A stretch of 64,000 nucleotides of DNA from Eledone cirrhosa (Eukaryota), in assembly GCA_964016885.1 (NCBI GenBank), contig OZ024752.1, positions 1,426,001 to 1,490,000 on the forward strand, given 5' to 3'. Of the stretch, positions 27,773 through 43,000 are shown piece after piece. Both the position numbers and the translations under genes were made by a program. Each line of letters opens with the position of its first letter. The first letter of the stretch is position 1. The notes beneath the pieces are model-generated. The model was not told where the DNA came from. It made no database searches and saw only the letters and a list, made by a program, of their open reading frames with translations.

Positions 27773-28574
27773 TATAAATTTAGCGAGAATCGAATTTCGG
27801 CGAGTAGAAATTGGCGAAACGCAACTTCTGTATTGTGCAGACAAGCGCTCCATGTATATGAAGATACCAGAGCTATAAACATAAGTTAAAATGGTCATAC
27901 AAACTGAGACGATGGTTAAGAAGCCATAAAAAAGAGAACAAGCTAAACGGGTGAAACAAAATAAGATATGATTGACATAGGGCAAGATGGAATACTCCGA
28001 CATTTGGGTTTCTGCAACACCTAAATCAATAAAACTGTCTGATTATAAAAAATAAGCTTTTGGTTTAATGATCGAAGAAGGCATGGCTTTCTCAACAGGC
28101 ATTTTGCTTTTCGTGCGCCAGAATCTCACAGGTTATGAAAGCACATGTGAGGTTCTAAGGGGAGGAAACCCCTATTTTTGCCAGTGAAGTCAGCATGTGT
28201 AGATATTGCAAAAATTTGCAAAAACAGCACAAAACGAATTAAGCTCTCGGCAGAGTTGTTTTAAAAAAAACTTAAGTGATTAATCAGTCAATAGAGTTAA
28301 CTAAAAAGGCAAAGAAAATTAACTGGTTAATCGCTTGACTTGGGAGATTAATACAAATATAAATTTAGCGAGAATCGCATTTCGGCGGGTAGAAATTGGC
28401 GAAACGCAACTTCAGTATTGTGCAGACAAGCGCTACATGGATATGAAGATACCAGAGCTATAAACATAAGTTAAAATGGTCATACAAACTGAGACGATGG
28501 TTAAGAAGCCATTAACCACCTTAGCCAAAAAAGAGAACAAGCTAAACGGGTCAAACAAAATAAAATATGATTGA
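27773..28574. mobile_element. Non-coding element with ~200-bp terminal direct repeats
   Basis: 27773-27975 is repeated at 28358-28574 with high identity (the right copy carries an extra ~13 bp). Bounded by (TA)n. Confidence 0.8.
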
Positions 28575-28587
28575 AATATATATATAT

Positions 28588-28695
28588 AATAATTGTTTCT
28601 ACTTTAGGCACAAGGCCAACAATAACCTAGTGCATTACTGGTACTTTATTTTATCGACCCCGTAAGGATGAAAGGCAAAGTCAACCTCGGCGGGA
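28588..28695 (-). mobile_element. 5'-truncated SINE family A
   Basis: Homology to 1881-2065. Confidence 0.9.
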
Positions 28696-28749
28696 ATAAT
28701 AAAATGTGGAGAGGAAGCACACGAGTTAGGATATGTATATATATATATG

Positions 28750-29164
28750 AAAAACAGGGAGAAAGAGGCGATTATTAGGAAGAAAAAAATATTTTTTTCC
28801 TCTTTTATTTCTTTCGCTCTTTTTTTCTGGGTTCGAAAATGATTAAAACGAAATGTTTTACTTTGTGTGAAGTGTTAAGGTATTAGTTGATTTATTTATT
28901 AATTAACACCATTCCACACTAATACATATCACTATTATTTGATAATGCATAAAAAATGCTGAAACCGGTAATAGACAATTATTAAATATATAAATAGATA
29001 AATAAATGCCATTGTTAATTAATAAATAAATTAGCTAATACCTTAACACTCCACACAAAGTAAAACATTTCGTTTTAATCATTTTCTGAACCAGAAAAAA
29101 GAGAGAAAGAATTAAAAAGGAAAACAATATATTTTTCTTCCTAATAATCGTCTCTTTCTCCCTG

Positions 29165-29166
<2 letters not shown>
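28750..29166. mobile_element. Inverted-repeat pLTR-like element with degenerate minimal HHR
   Basis: Arms ~28754-28908 and ~29013-29166. tTGATAA-tGCAT..ATGC-t-GAAA-CCGG-TA-ATAG at 28932-28976. Confidence 0.75.
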
Positions 29167-29211
<45 letters not shown>

Positions 29212-29351
29212 GTATTACCTACATATTTCTGTGTATATGAGTGATGCATACATAATTCCCACACCGTGTCATTCATAATGGTCTTCAGCTTATGACCATG
29301 ACACTTCGTGGTCGATTGGCTGAAAGTAAATCCGTATGAATACCCCCCCCC

Positions 29352-29407
<56 letters not shown>

Positions 29408-29412
<5 letters not shown>

Positions 29413-30085
29413 GAAAGACGTAAAATAAGAAAATTATTAAAATTAACTTACTTACTAAGATTTTCACTCCAACTAATTAGTTTCTGTAAGGGAATAAATA
29501 TAGTTACGTAACGTAACCATAGAGAAATCCTTACGTCAGCAGGGAGTCTATTCTCAGATAAGTTCCCAGGCAATGCGTGGACACAAGGAACTCATATAAA
29601 AATAATTCAGTGGATGGAAAAAAGCGAGCGGGGACTAGATTCCAGGACACTGAAAAAATTCACTGCCTTCTTGGTCAGTGGCAAATTCTAAAGAATCAAT
29701 CACGTGACACTGAGGTTAATCAGTGAGGAGTGGGGTGGTAATAAGACAAGAGCCTAACTACTACCATGAACCATAGCAGTAATTTCGGCAAGTTTTGCTC
29801 CACAAATAATTTGGAGTTAAATATAAAGTATTAGTATATCTACCAACATATGTATACAGATGTATACCTATGCTGGCAAATATATATGTTATGTCTTAGT
29901 AACTTTGTGGTTCGATGCAAGGGGATGCAGTAAGTAAGTTAATTTTAATAATTTTCTTATTTTACGTCTTTCATATAATTGTTCTGCATCCCCTTGCATA
30001 GAACCACAAAGTTACTAAGACATAACATATATATTTGCCAGCATAGGTATACATCTGTATACATATGTTGGTAGATATACTAATT
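29408..30085. mobile_element. Element with interleaved inverted repeats (A-X-B-A'-B')
   Basis: 29408-29457 pairs with 29929-29976, and 29831-29930 pairs with 29984-30083. Arms near-identical. TA-flanked. Confidence 0.85.
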
Positions 30086-30360
<275 letters not shown>

Positions 30361-33300
30361 GGTATTGAGAGAGAATGTATGAGTGAGAGGGTGTTTTTTT
30401 GCATCTGTATTTCTGCATGAACTTATATTTACCATCCAGTAGTTTAGATTATTATGTGAACAATATTCTTGGTGTAATTACCTCCCTGGAATTAGTCATG
30501 CGAACTACATCTGAAACACTTCAGTATATTTCATATAATATTAAGATTAGCTGATAAAACATGCCTCATATGTATATATACTGAAAATAATCATTGTTTT
30601 ATGTTTATCATTACAAAATCTTCATTCTTAAATCCCCATCTTTATATGTAATATGTTTTATATATTTATGATGCTGTAATTAATGCTATATCATTCCTCC
30701 AATTAAACGGACTAAACGGACTTCTGCTGTGATTCAAAAAGACACATCTTGATTGCAAGTGTACAGGGTCCTGGTGTCTTTGAAATATTTGTATAATTTC
30801 TTTTGATATTGAAATTAGCTCTTAGGCAATTCACTTTACATTATTGCGTAATGTTTTATATTGTATACTCGAGAAATCCTTATTAGTGTAATTATTACCA
30901 TTGCTCTCAACGCTCTTGCTTCTGACGACCTCATAGCCTATCATAATTGCAACTATGCGTAATAAATCGAATACTTCGTAACTGAACGAATATAAGGAGT
31001 AATGCTGAAAGATAATCAATATCTTTCTGTCACTTTATATAGCCATTAATATTGAGGGAAGTTAGCTGAAATGGATGTCTGCAATTATATATTAATGCTA
31101 AATAGCCTTGTGCTCTTATATTATGAATTAATTACTGATAAACTAGTTACTCAGAGCCTGTAGGGATTCGACATTCCTTGGGTACACATTTGATTATGAC
31201 CTTCTTAGCACTGAAATTTGCATCAAATTTTCTAATTTGAAATTAGGCGATTAGGTCGTCACGGTGAGTATCTTCAAAGTTCATAACATTAAACTCAATC
31301 CAAAAGTTACTTTATTAGTTACTTTATTAGAAATCTAGTGTAAATTTTGCTTTGGAATCCATGCAATAAGAATCTTTTCTGTCAGTCTCTCTAGAACAGA
31401 AGGAAGGCAAAGTGGATTCAAGAGCATAGGTTGAATTGTCAAAATATCAGAGAAAAATAATTACATGAATATGAATGGGAAAAGGAAATAGTAAATAAAA
31501 CAGATAATTTTGAGTTAGGGAAGAAGGTAGGTATTTATATATTACCAAGGTATATGTAGTATCGAAACAGTTGAAAGATGGTTTTCGTTGTCTGTTCGCT
31601 ATCAGAAAATATACTAGCATATACGATGTTTAAATTTGAAATTTTGTCATCGGATAAGAACAAAATGATGTTCAAATAATGGGGTTGATATATTAAGGTT
31701 TCAAGTTATGTCTCAGACAGTCTGGTATCTATTGAATTTCCTAAGAATACTAGCAAAATCAAGGTGACAGCCTTATATGATATGAAAGCCCAGAGTTTGA
31801 ATATTTAATAAAAAAGCGTCTGGCAAATATAGCAAAATACATGTTGCGTAATCGACATTCAGACACAATACATCCATGCAATTGAGCGATGGCTAAATAT
31901 TAGAATCAGCAGATAATTTAGTTTAGTGGACTTGCAAATACAAGCGAATTAGTAAATATAAGAGGCGATGCACTCTTCTCTAACGTATATATATAAAAAA
32001 AGCGAGATTTGTTTAACGGTTGAATTACAACACGAGGAGATATAATTCCGTTTAAATAAATGTTAAATTATACACAAGGCAATGAATACTTTGAGGATGT
32101 GTGTCAAAATTATATATAAGTTATTTTAAAAAAATGATATAAGGATAATTGAATAGTAGCGTGTCATTTTATTATATTTATATTTTTTAAAATTATTTCT
32201 ATGGAGAAATGACTAAATACATGCTTAAATTTATATATAGAAAAATAATAAATGCTGAAATGTTTAGTTAGGATAGCTTTAGAAATTAATTATATTATCT
32301 ATAAAAATGTAATTAGGAATTGATATATCAATGAATAAATATAAAAGTGATTCGTTTTGTATCATGAAAAAAAACAACAAAAAAAACAAAGGTGATTATC
32401 TGTTAGACACGCAATGACTAACAACAGAATGTTTTAAGTGTGCGTGTTCTGACATATATGCGTAGGGGTTTTGCTGGTCGTGGTGATCCGTGCTAAACAT
32501 CTTTTGTAATTTGTCGTCTTATTGGCTAATTTCATCGTCTTATTGGCTAATCAACCAATGTAATTGTTGCTCAAAAGCACCCGCCACTTTGTTTTCACGT
32601 TTATTAATCGTTTCGCTTTCGAATCTTCCTCCTGTATTTCGTCGTTTATTATCAAAATATTTTTCTCGTTTTGGTAAGTTATATTGTGAATTTATATATG
32701 ATTTTTTAAATTTATATTAACTATTTTTTTTCAGTTCGTTATAACATGCTTATAATATTGGTTGTATCATATTTACTTGTATATTTGTCCATATTGTTGT
32801 TCGTTTTATGTTAGATTATTTTTTTTATTATTATGTCAGACTATTTGTATTTAATATTTAATTTTTATTAATTCAACTATAACAATTATTATGTAAAATA
32901 TATTTATTTAGTATTGATTGTTTTTTGTCGTTGTTTATATTAAAAGTCTGAAAATATTTTTATACATCTTACAATAATATTTATAAAATCATTTATAACA
33001 TAACAATTATATAATCTAATTACATTACAATGATAATTTATTATTAATATATATCATGTTTAACTAGAGTTATTACAAGCGTTGCCTTAAAAAAAAATAT
33101 TAAACTAGACCTGAAAAATGCGCAAGCTCAAAAGAGCCACAGAATGTTATAATAAACTTTCAAAAGTGTGGGACTAGAGTTGTTGCTCAAAAATATTGTA
33201 ATCATTATTTATCGTACACTCTGTGGCATCCTTTTATATAAAAGAAACTGATAACGAACTCAAGATGACACGATAATTATTTAAGTGAATTTATAATATA

Positions 33301-33680
33301 GAATTCGGTTTAAGTGCATTTCGTATTAATCATTACTAAACATCTAATATAAGATATTGAACATTATCTTAAATAATTATCGTCTTGTCTCACAATCTGT
33401 TTCCACATAGATTGTTGTTAAAACATCTAACTGATGATTAAACAATTACATTTATATCTTATGGTAGTTAACATCCCGATTTTAAACAATCATTCGCACA
33501 TGTGAATCACAATTTATAAAACATCAACGCAAACAGACGATTTCACTATTGTAGCTTGAGCCTATGAAAACTTGAGTACACCATGCTTGCTTTGAATGCA
33601 TAATTACTGTAATATGAAATGACTCTTCCGAAAAACTTTTAATTTTTCAAATTTCATCTGGCAACAATAATGATTCGACA

Positions 33681-33838
33681 CCAGCAATTGCCCAGTACTG
33701 GTACTTTATTTTATCGACCCCGTATGGATGAAAGGCAAAGTTAACCTCGGCGGGATTTGAACTCAGAATGGAAAGGGCCGTAAGGCTATGCGTCAAAGCA
33801 TGGCGTCCGACTCTTTACCGATACTGCCAATCCACCGC
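33681..33838 (-). mobile_element. SINE family A
   Basis: Homology to 1881-2065. Confidence 0.9.
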
Positions 33839-36249
33839 TAATAAATATTGATATTAAATATCGATAATTAGTGGAGAATTTGGTTTCTATTCTCTTTAAT
33901 ATTCTAGTAATTCTTTCTTTAGTTTAATGGGTGGACTATTTGCCATAGCAAATATGAATAACAATTAATGTAATACGCTTAACGACAAAAGCAAAAACAT
34001 ACGTGCTATATAGATGGGTTAGTCTTGGCCAGGTTCCAATTGTTTACAAAAGTATAACTAGATAGGAATTAGAAGTGTTATTTACAATAGAACCTCTACA
34101 AATCATATTTGGCTAAATAGTCTCCGTGTTTACAAGAAGGTCAGTAGGCAATGTTCTAACTATGAGGTAATCGTGTTCACCATGTAAACATTTTAAAAAG
34201 GCAATGGCAGGCAAACAAATACGCCACAATAATCAAGTCATAGTATCGCTAAGCATGCATGCCCATGTTTTTATAAGGCATGTCTGTTTGTTTAGCTATT
34301 TCAGTTGACTTTAATGTATTGTTTGTTAATCTCAATATTTACGATATTGAAATTGAAGCAGCTGTTTCTAAAGGTGGTTTTCGTATGCGTTGCTGTTGCA
34401 ACTTTTATGATGGTGAGTGTGTCATTTCTATTATTTTTGTCTTTGAAGATTTATTTTAGAATTGTTGATATTTATATTAATTATATTTGTTATCTGGTTT
34501 GATCAAGCAGATTTAGGATCAACTTTGTTCCAACCGAGACTATACAATCTATTATACTGTGCATAATATATCATTCCGGGTTACAGATTCCTATGTGTCG
34601 TGTGACTTGTATGAGATTTGCTATCTCTTATAAAATATTATGTAATCGTTTAGACGCTACGGAGAGGTTTCGTTATTCGATCGCTTTTTATTTTATTTAT
34701 TCTTGTTTTTGCGCATGGCTATTATAATTTTGTTACTACGTCTGTCAATGTTACTCACGCCAACAGTTTTAAAAATGCTGGGATAGAAGAAATCTGATGA
34801 CGTGGCTTTCTAGAATGATGTTGTATATGTAATGTTCTTATATAGTTTATCTAACATTAATTCTCCAAAAGTATTTTCCCCCGACATTGTTTACACAGAC
34901 TGTCACTATTAGATATAAAACTAAGATATCTAATTGATATCTGCAAGGGAGAAATAGTATTATCTGCCGTATTAAACAGATAAAGGGATACACGTTATAC
35001 AACTAGGTAATCAATGAATATATTCATGATGAGTCACAACATAATGTCATGACCACCTACCATATAAAAAATTAAATGGGATCCTCGCCTGATTTGGCAT
35101 GACTAAATCACTGAGGAAAATATATAGCGACGAAAACACTGTTTCACTTGAAACTTGATATGTGGAATTAAAATAGATCCCGACTGAGAGGCATAATATG
35201 GAGAAAGTATAGACATGAATACCTGAAGCCGGACCAGCGAGCCTATGCACGAAGTTCGATGGAGGAGATGAAATCATTCGTCACAAAATTGATGTTCAGG
35301 ATTCCCTTGAATATCCAGGAAAACCTTATGACGGCTCCCACCTTTAGGCCAAGATATTCCCGAGAATGGTAATGTTGTTTTCCGCACCGCTTATTTTATA
35401 CTAAACGAGTTATATCTATATCACGTACGATTTATACAGGAGGTTATATTTCCTTTTAATTTTCAATAACATTGCAGAATTTCTTCCAAAGGTACAAGTA
35501 TCTAAGAAATCTGTTTCTATATGAGTTAAATCGAGATTAAATGATACTGAACACATCATACATTAATTCATTTTGAACAACTTTTATATAACTTGAAACA
35601 CATTCACGAATCAACAAACATTGTGTAGGCATGAACTTTAAAAGCAGCTATGGAATTTGAACGACACTAAGCAGCGTTCACTATTCTTATCAAACAGATT
35701 AACTAATGCAAGTAAACGCGCATCAGAATAGTTCATGGCTCAACAAACTAATTTTTCAACAACGCCATTCAACGTGATTCGCCGACTTAACAATGTAGCA
35801 AACCACAAATAACACGAAATTATACCAACACGCCACAAAAGTACGCAGTACATTGCAACAGTGACAAAGCCGGATGCAGCTCTAAATATTCTCAGCGTGA
35901 GTTTTAGTTAACTGAGACATTTCATCTCACCGCACAAATCCTTCTTACTAAATTTGATTATCCAGTTTAGTAAAAGGTGAAAAATAGAATCACCAACTTC
36001 ATAAAACTAAGGAAATTGAACGTAGCTGGAAATCAATTACAAACACAGAAATACGTCTGCGCTATCAAAAGGTTTGGATGCTTTATAAGATTGTAAATAC
36101 AACTAAAAGAAAATTAAAGAAGCGCATACACATTGTGTGTGCTTCTTTAATATTTAATGTATTTGTTTGAAGCACACAATTACGTGCACACAAACATACA
36201 GCCAAATACACACCTACTCACACACATACATCTATATGGTTATATACAT

Positions 36250-36315
<66 letters not shown>

Positions 36316-36355
36316 GTATATATGTATATATATATATAGAGAGAGAGCGAGGGAG

Positions 36356-36395
<40 letters not shown>

Positions 36396-36462
36396 CTATG
36401 CGTGTGTGTGCAAATACAAAGATAGGTAGGTTGCTATACTTATGTTAGAATGTAGATACTTG

Positions 36463-36499
36463 TTATTATCATTATTATTTGTGGTAGTAGCGGCGGCGG

Positions 36500-36560
<61 letters not shown>

Positions 36561-36643
36561 TTTATTAGTAGCAGTAGTAGTAGTAGTAATAGTAGTAGTA
36601 GTAGTAGCAGCAGCAGCAGCAGCGGCAGCAATATTAGTATCAC

Positions 36644-36675
<32 letters not shown>

Positions 36676-36689
36676 ATAGTAGAAGAAGA
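36463..36689. repeat. Compound trinucleotide array (TTA/GTA/GCA/GCG)
   Basis: Direct observation. Confidence 0.95.
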
Positions 36690-37092
36690 ATGGCGTTTGC
36701 AATGCATAGACTATAATAAATGTGTCGACGAAGGACCAAATTGTTAATAGAACTTATTGTTGAGTAGATTTTCAATTATTCCAGTTTAATTAAACAATTA
36801 TATATAGTCAATTCTTTATCTTTACATTAAACCTAGAAGGTAATCAAGCTTGACACAGTTGAATTATATATCAAAAGAAAAAAATAAAGAAGAAAAACAA
36901 ACAAATAAACTGACTAATGCTTTCATTTCTAATGTGATTGCTGAGTGGAATATAAGTGTAAGACGTAGACGAGTAGACCACCAATAGGATTGTCTCTTCA
37001 AACATTATAGCAGCCGTCACTCAAAACCAAAGAGGTAGAATATGATAAAGACACTGTTGTACTACGTCATATTATATCCTGTTCAGTTGTCA

Positions 37093-37727
37093 GTGGATTG
37101 GAAGTATCGATAGAGGGTCGGACGCTATGTTTTCCAGCATAGAGTTACGTCCCTTTACATTCTTAGTTAAAATCCCACCGAGGTTAACTTTGCTTTTCAT
37201 CCTTATAGGGTCGATAAAATAAAGTACCAGTAATCCAATGGAACCATTGCTGGCCTTGTGCCATATAGCAGAAACAATATTACAGCGATAAATGTGGTGG
37301 ATTGGCAATATCGGTACAGCGTGGAATAGGGTTAAGCCCCTTTACGATCATAGTTCAAATCCTGCCGAGGTTGGCTTTGCCTTTCATCATAAACGGACTC
37401 GATGAAATAAAGCAGCAGTAATACACTGGGGTAGATTTAATCGACTTTCCACTCCTCCAAAATAGTTGACCTTGTGCCTAAAATCAGATATTACAGCGAT
37501 AGATGTAGAGTGCTTATGATCAAATTATTTGGGAAACCATTCGGTGAATTGGCAGTATCGGTAGAGGGTTGGACGCCATGCTTTCTAGCATATTTACGTT
37601 CCTTTACGGTCTGAGTTCAAATCCCGTCGAGTTTAACTTTGCCTTTCATCCTTACGGAGTCGATAAAATAAAGTACCAGTAATGTACTAGGTTATTGCTG
37701 GCCTTGTGCCAAAAGTAGAAACAATTA
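37093..37727 (+). mobile_element. Three clustered SINE family A copies
   Basis: Heads at ~37093, ~37294 and ~37542. Confidence 0.88.
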
Positions 37728-38313
37728 TGATATAATTAAACTTTTCTTTTTCATAACAGTTTTGTCACTTACCAAATACAAACAGACATTTGTAAAATTA
37801 AAAGCACATTTATTTCATCATCAAATCGTTTTAGGGTTACATAGAAATATAGTATTTAATGCATACTTTCCTTTTTATAGGATAGTAAAATGCGATTTGA
37901 TCGCCATTTGTGTCTACGACAATCTCTCAATGTTCGCAAATAACTATTCAAAACTAAACAAGCACAATGTTTAATGGATCTAAGTAGAGCGTGCTATTAA
38001 AAGAAAACATCATAAGAATAATCATATGGGAGATTGATTTACAAAATTATGATCTATTTGATTTGCTGTAAAAAATCCTGTAACAAAATCTTTGGGAGCC
38101 AAAGAGTTACTACTTATTTGACATTAGTGTGATTTTCTTTCAAAATAAAGAAAATTTTGGTATAAGCCCTTCATGCCAGAAGATGAGGGATTATCTGCTG
38201 GCTTCAATTTTTTAAAATGCAAAGCATTTTGATTTCTTTAATAGTAGCTAATGAAGAAAGTACGATGCTTTGGATGCGAGAGACACGTATGAGGTCTCTT
38301 CACACTCATACAT

Positions 38314-38356
<43 letters not shown>

Positions 38357-38590
38357 ATGTGTGTGCGTGTAGAGAAAGAGAGGGAGTGTAGAGAAAGAGA
38401 GGGAGTGAAAAGACTAGATCAACAGGAAGAAAGAAACAGACAAATTCAATAGCTATCTTGAGAACTACCATTTAGTAAACTCAAAAATTCATTGCACTCG
38501 TTCAGAAGAAGAATCGGGGTGGGTTAGCATGTGTGTGCTTGTGCGTTTGTTTCTGCATGTATTTGTGAATGTATGTGTGTGTATGTGTGT

Positions 38591-38664
<74 letters not shown>

Positions 38665-39086
38665 ATTAAAAGAGAAGGGTTGAGGAAAATATTGAGCAAA
38701 CAAGCATGAGCTAAATTTCAAAATAATTTAGAACAAATCTAAGCCCATATAAGCTCTAGCCAACTATGCGACCTGTTTCCCAACAAGCAATTATCATATT
38801 CCATGGCTGTGAACATATATTGAAGCCTTCTATTCAATATATAGCTGGAGGAAAACGATTCCTGGATAAGTTGTGAAAGACTACACGCTATCATTGAGGT
38901 CAACCAATATTTTCTATTTACCTGTTGTATAAATCTATATGGATTAGAGATTTGGTTTTCAATATGCGTAATACTTATTATGCTAAGCATGTAACAATTG
39001 TGCTTTACATATATTCATATATATATATGTGTGTGTGTATGTATAAGTGTGTGTATGTGTGTATGCATATGTATACATACATACAT

Positions 39087-39171
<85 letters not shown>

Positions 39172-39944
39172 ATATCAAAGCAATTTGTCAAAGATAAATA
39201 CATTTGTATGTACGATATAATTATACTGGGATTATTTCCTAAAAATGTAAAAATATCTTTCGCTGTAAGTATGGTTCGTAAATATACAGAATACGGTGTG
39301 GTATATATTTTGTCAAGTATTAATAACATGATTATCAGTGCACCCATGAAATTATATGGAGTTAATATTAATATAGCAAAAGTGGAGAGAATCGTAAACA
39401 TCAATAAATCAAACAATTTGTATAGTCGTAAACAATATTTATTTCACTGGGAGAAATAGATAAATGCATTCTAATAATCTGAGTAGTTGAAACTATTAAA
39501 TTGTGAAACTATTCGAAAGGATAATATGCAATGATGTTATAAAATTTGCCGGTGATTCCAATGGTCATAATTAATTGACATTTGATAACTTGAATCCTAT
39601 TTTAGTATCTCTTCTGCTTGAAAGCGAGCATTTATGCCACAGATAGAATATTGTATTGTCCACTGCAACAGATCCATTCTAATCTTATATTTGTCTAGTT
39701 TATCGACCATACAGCATTATGCACGACAAAATAAGTGTCACGTGATAGAACATTATTTGTTCTCCCTCTGTCTCTCTCCCCTTCTTCCTCCCTATTTGGA
39801 TACACAATATATAAATGTACAAAGGTGTATACATACACACACAACACTATGTGCATGTCTGTAGTTAGTATAAGGTTATTTCCAGAGTATTTTGTATATG
39901 ATCTTATTTACAGACATATATAAACACATGCATTCATACATACA

Positions 39945-39988
39945 TGATGGCTGCCCCTCGTTATCGAATATGGCCATTGCACGAGGAT

Positions 39989-40020
<32 letters not shown>

Positions 40021-43000
40021 AAATATATATATATATACATACACACATACATAAACATATACACACACACACACACATACATTAATAACAATAATAATAA
40101 TAATAATAATAACAACAATAATAATAACGACAACAACAATAATAATATACATATATAAATACACATACACGCACACACATAAGCATATCTATACACACAC
40201 ACACACACGATAGCAACTAACAGCGCTGCGATCGAATGTGGCTTTTTAGCCCAGGCCAATGATCTAAAATGTCTTGCACAGAGTCGGCAACCAAAACATT
40301 CACTGGGAATAGTCGGCTGTGGTTGGAGTTCGTGTACTTTTGCATGTCGCTTGAGCCCTCCTACTGATTTACATTCTCTACCACATGTTTGGCAAGCATG
40401 ATGAGTAGCATCTCCAACAGCAGCCTGGTAGTCAACCACTGGTCTTACTTTATGACTGCAAAGATGACTTTCGAGTCCAGCTTTGCTTAGGCAGAGTCTC
40501 GCACAGACGCTGCATGTCAGCACCATAGGAGGACCCGCGCCGTCTGGAAGTGCAACAGCAATGCCCTTCCTCACATCCCGCTTTACTTTCTCGTATGCGA
40601 TTCGAGATGCCTCAAAGGCAACTTTTCCCACATATACAGTCTTTCTCCATTTATTACGACAGCAGCAATATTTTCCCATGTATCAGCAGAGATGTTAGCG
40701 TCTTTCAGAGAGACTTTCAAGGAATCCTTATACCTCTTTTTTGGTTTATGTGGCGGTCGTTTTCCTTTAACCAACTCTCCATAAAGGAGTTGTTTTGGTA
40801 TTCTAGAATCCTTCATCCTGGCAAGGTGACCACTCCAACGGAGTCGTTGCTTAAGCACAAGAGCTTCTATACTATCACACATAGAGCTTTCCAAAATCTC
40901 GACATCACTGATGTGGTCCCTCCAGTGAACGCCATGGATCCGTCTGAGATACATCTGATGGAAACGCTCCAATTGCTTAAGGTGGTGTCGATATGTGACC
41001 CAGGTCTCGCAGGCATAAAGAAGACAAGAGAGCACAGATGCCCTGTACACCTTTACCTTTGTCCTCCTGCATATGTCTCGCCGACCCCAGAGTCGCTTTC
41101 TAGCTTTCCGAAAGCATCACTTGCTTTCCTAATCCTAAGTGAGATTTCACTGTCAAGGTTACTGTATCGATTGACAGTACTTCCCAGGTAGACAAACTGA
41201 TCAACCACTCCAAGTCGTTTGCCATACACATAGATGTTTGGTTCAGTGTACTGCTTACCAGGGGCAGGTTGGTACATGACGACGGTTTTCTTGAAACTGA
41301 CAGTCAATCCTAGGGCAGTGCAAGTGTCAGAAAATGCATTCAAAATGTGCTGCATATCACTCTCTGTGTGCGCTACAAGATCGCAATCATCTGCATACAA
41401 GAGGTCTCTTATGATTGATGTAAATACTTTTGTCTTCGAAGCAAAGCGCCTGATGTTAAATATGCTGCCTGAGGTTCGCAATTCCTGAATGCAATACAGA
41501 AAACCATTGCGAAGTATATGGCAAACAGGGTCGGTGCTGGAATATCCCCCTGTTTCACTCCATTTTTTACTGAGATAGGCTCCGACATGTTACCTCCGAC
41601 ATTAACCCAAGCCTTCATGTCGTCATGGAAAGACCTAACTAAAGCAAGGAACTTATCAGGGCAACCAAGTTTCTGGAGAACCTTCCATAATGCATCTCTG
41701 TTAACAGTATCGAAAGCTTTTGTCAGATCGACAAAAACCTGATACAGATCCAAGCCTTGTTCCATGCACTTCTCCTGGAGCTGTCTAGCTGAGAAGATCA
41801 TATCAGTAGTGCCGCGTCCAGCACGAAAACCAGATTGACTTTCAGGAAGAACACAATCTGCAATGCGTTTCAGCAGACGGTCCAGAAGCACCCTACATAA
41901 AACTTTTCCTACGACAGAAAGCAATAATATACCTCTGTAGTTCCCACAATCATTCCGGTTACCCTTTCCCTTGTACAAGACCACCATTACTGCATCTCTC
42001 CAGTCCTCAGGTACGGATTCATTAGCCCATATCCTGCCAAACAAAGAGTGAATATGTTGCAGGAGTCTCTCACCACCATATTGTAGGAGCTCAGCATGTA
42101 TGCCATCCATACCTGGAGATCTTCCACTGTTCAGCTTCGAAATAGCCACTGCAACCTCCACAAGCGTCGGAGGTTCTGCGAGAGCTACTTTCACAGGACT
42201 TCCTGGAATGAGATTGAGGAAATCTTCACTGACGACAGACGGCTGATTCAAAAGATCATCAAAGTGCTCTCGCCACCTTCGTAGAATTTCTTGTGAGTCA
42301 CGAAGAAGTTCTTTGCCATCCTTGCTCCGAAGCGGTGTCACCAGAGAAGAAGACGGTCCATAAACCTCACGCAAGAGACCTTACAACAGCTTTGTGTTAT
42401 TGGAATCTGACGCAGTTTGTATCTCACCAGCCTTCTCACTCCACCACTGATCCTTCATCTGAGAAAGACTCCGCCTAACACGTGATTTTACATCCCTGAG
42501 TTCCTCATGCAACGTATTCCTCTCCTGTGGTTTTGCCGCCAAGTAGCGTGACAGAGCACGCCTCTTATCAGCCAACAAGTCTTCTATATGTACATCATTC
42601 TCATTAAACCAGTCCTGATGTTTTCTCTGCACCAATCCCAGAACACGCCTGCCTACATCATAAACCGAATTTTTAAGGGTCGGCCAATCCTCACCAAGAT
42701 CTGCAGCCTGCATCTCTTCTTCCAATGTCCTCTTCACATTTTTATCCTTAAGACGAGCAGCATTCAATCTTTTGGGCAGGGCAACACCAGGAGCCCGGGT
42801 TTTACGTTTAGTGATTAGTTTCACTTTTGCGCGTACCAGGCGGTGGTCCGTCCAGCACTCAGCTCCACGAAGAGCACGAACACACTGCACATCCTGTCTG
42901 TCACGCATCCTGACTAGGACGTAGTCCAAAAGATGCCATTCCTTAGATGCAGGATGCATCCATGTGGTCTTGAATTTGTTCTTTTGTTGGAACATGGTGT

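Noticed and set aside
29240-29296. Minus-strand CTGAAGA-CCAT..GTGG-GAAT
   Set aside because: No helix I pairing and an altered core.
29408-30085. DIRS-type ITR/ICR structure
   Set aside because: The internal complementary segments are in the wrong order for an end-to-start circle junction, and there is no tyrosine recombinase remnant.
32510-32560. Clustered CCAAT/ATTGG boxes as promoter
   Set aside because: They arise from a short tandem duplication and have no associated gene.
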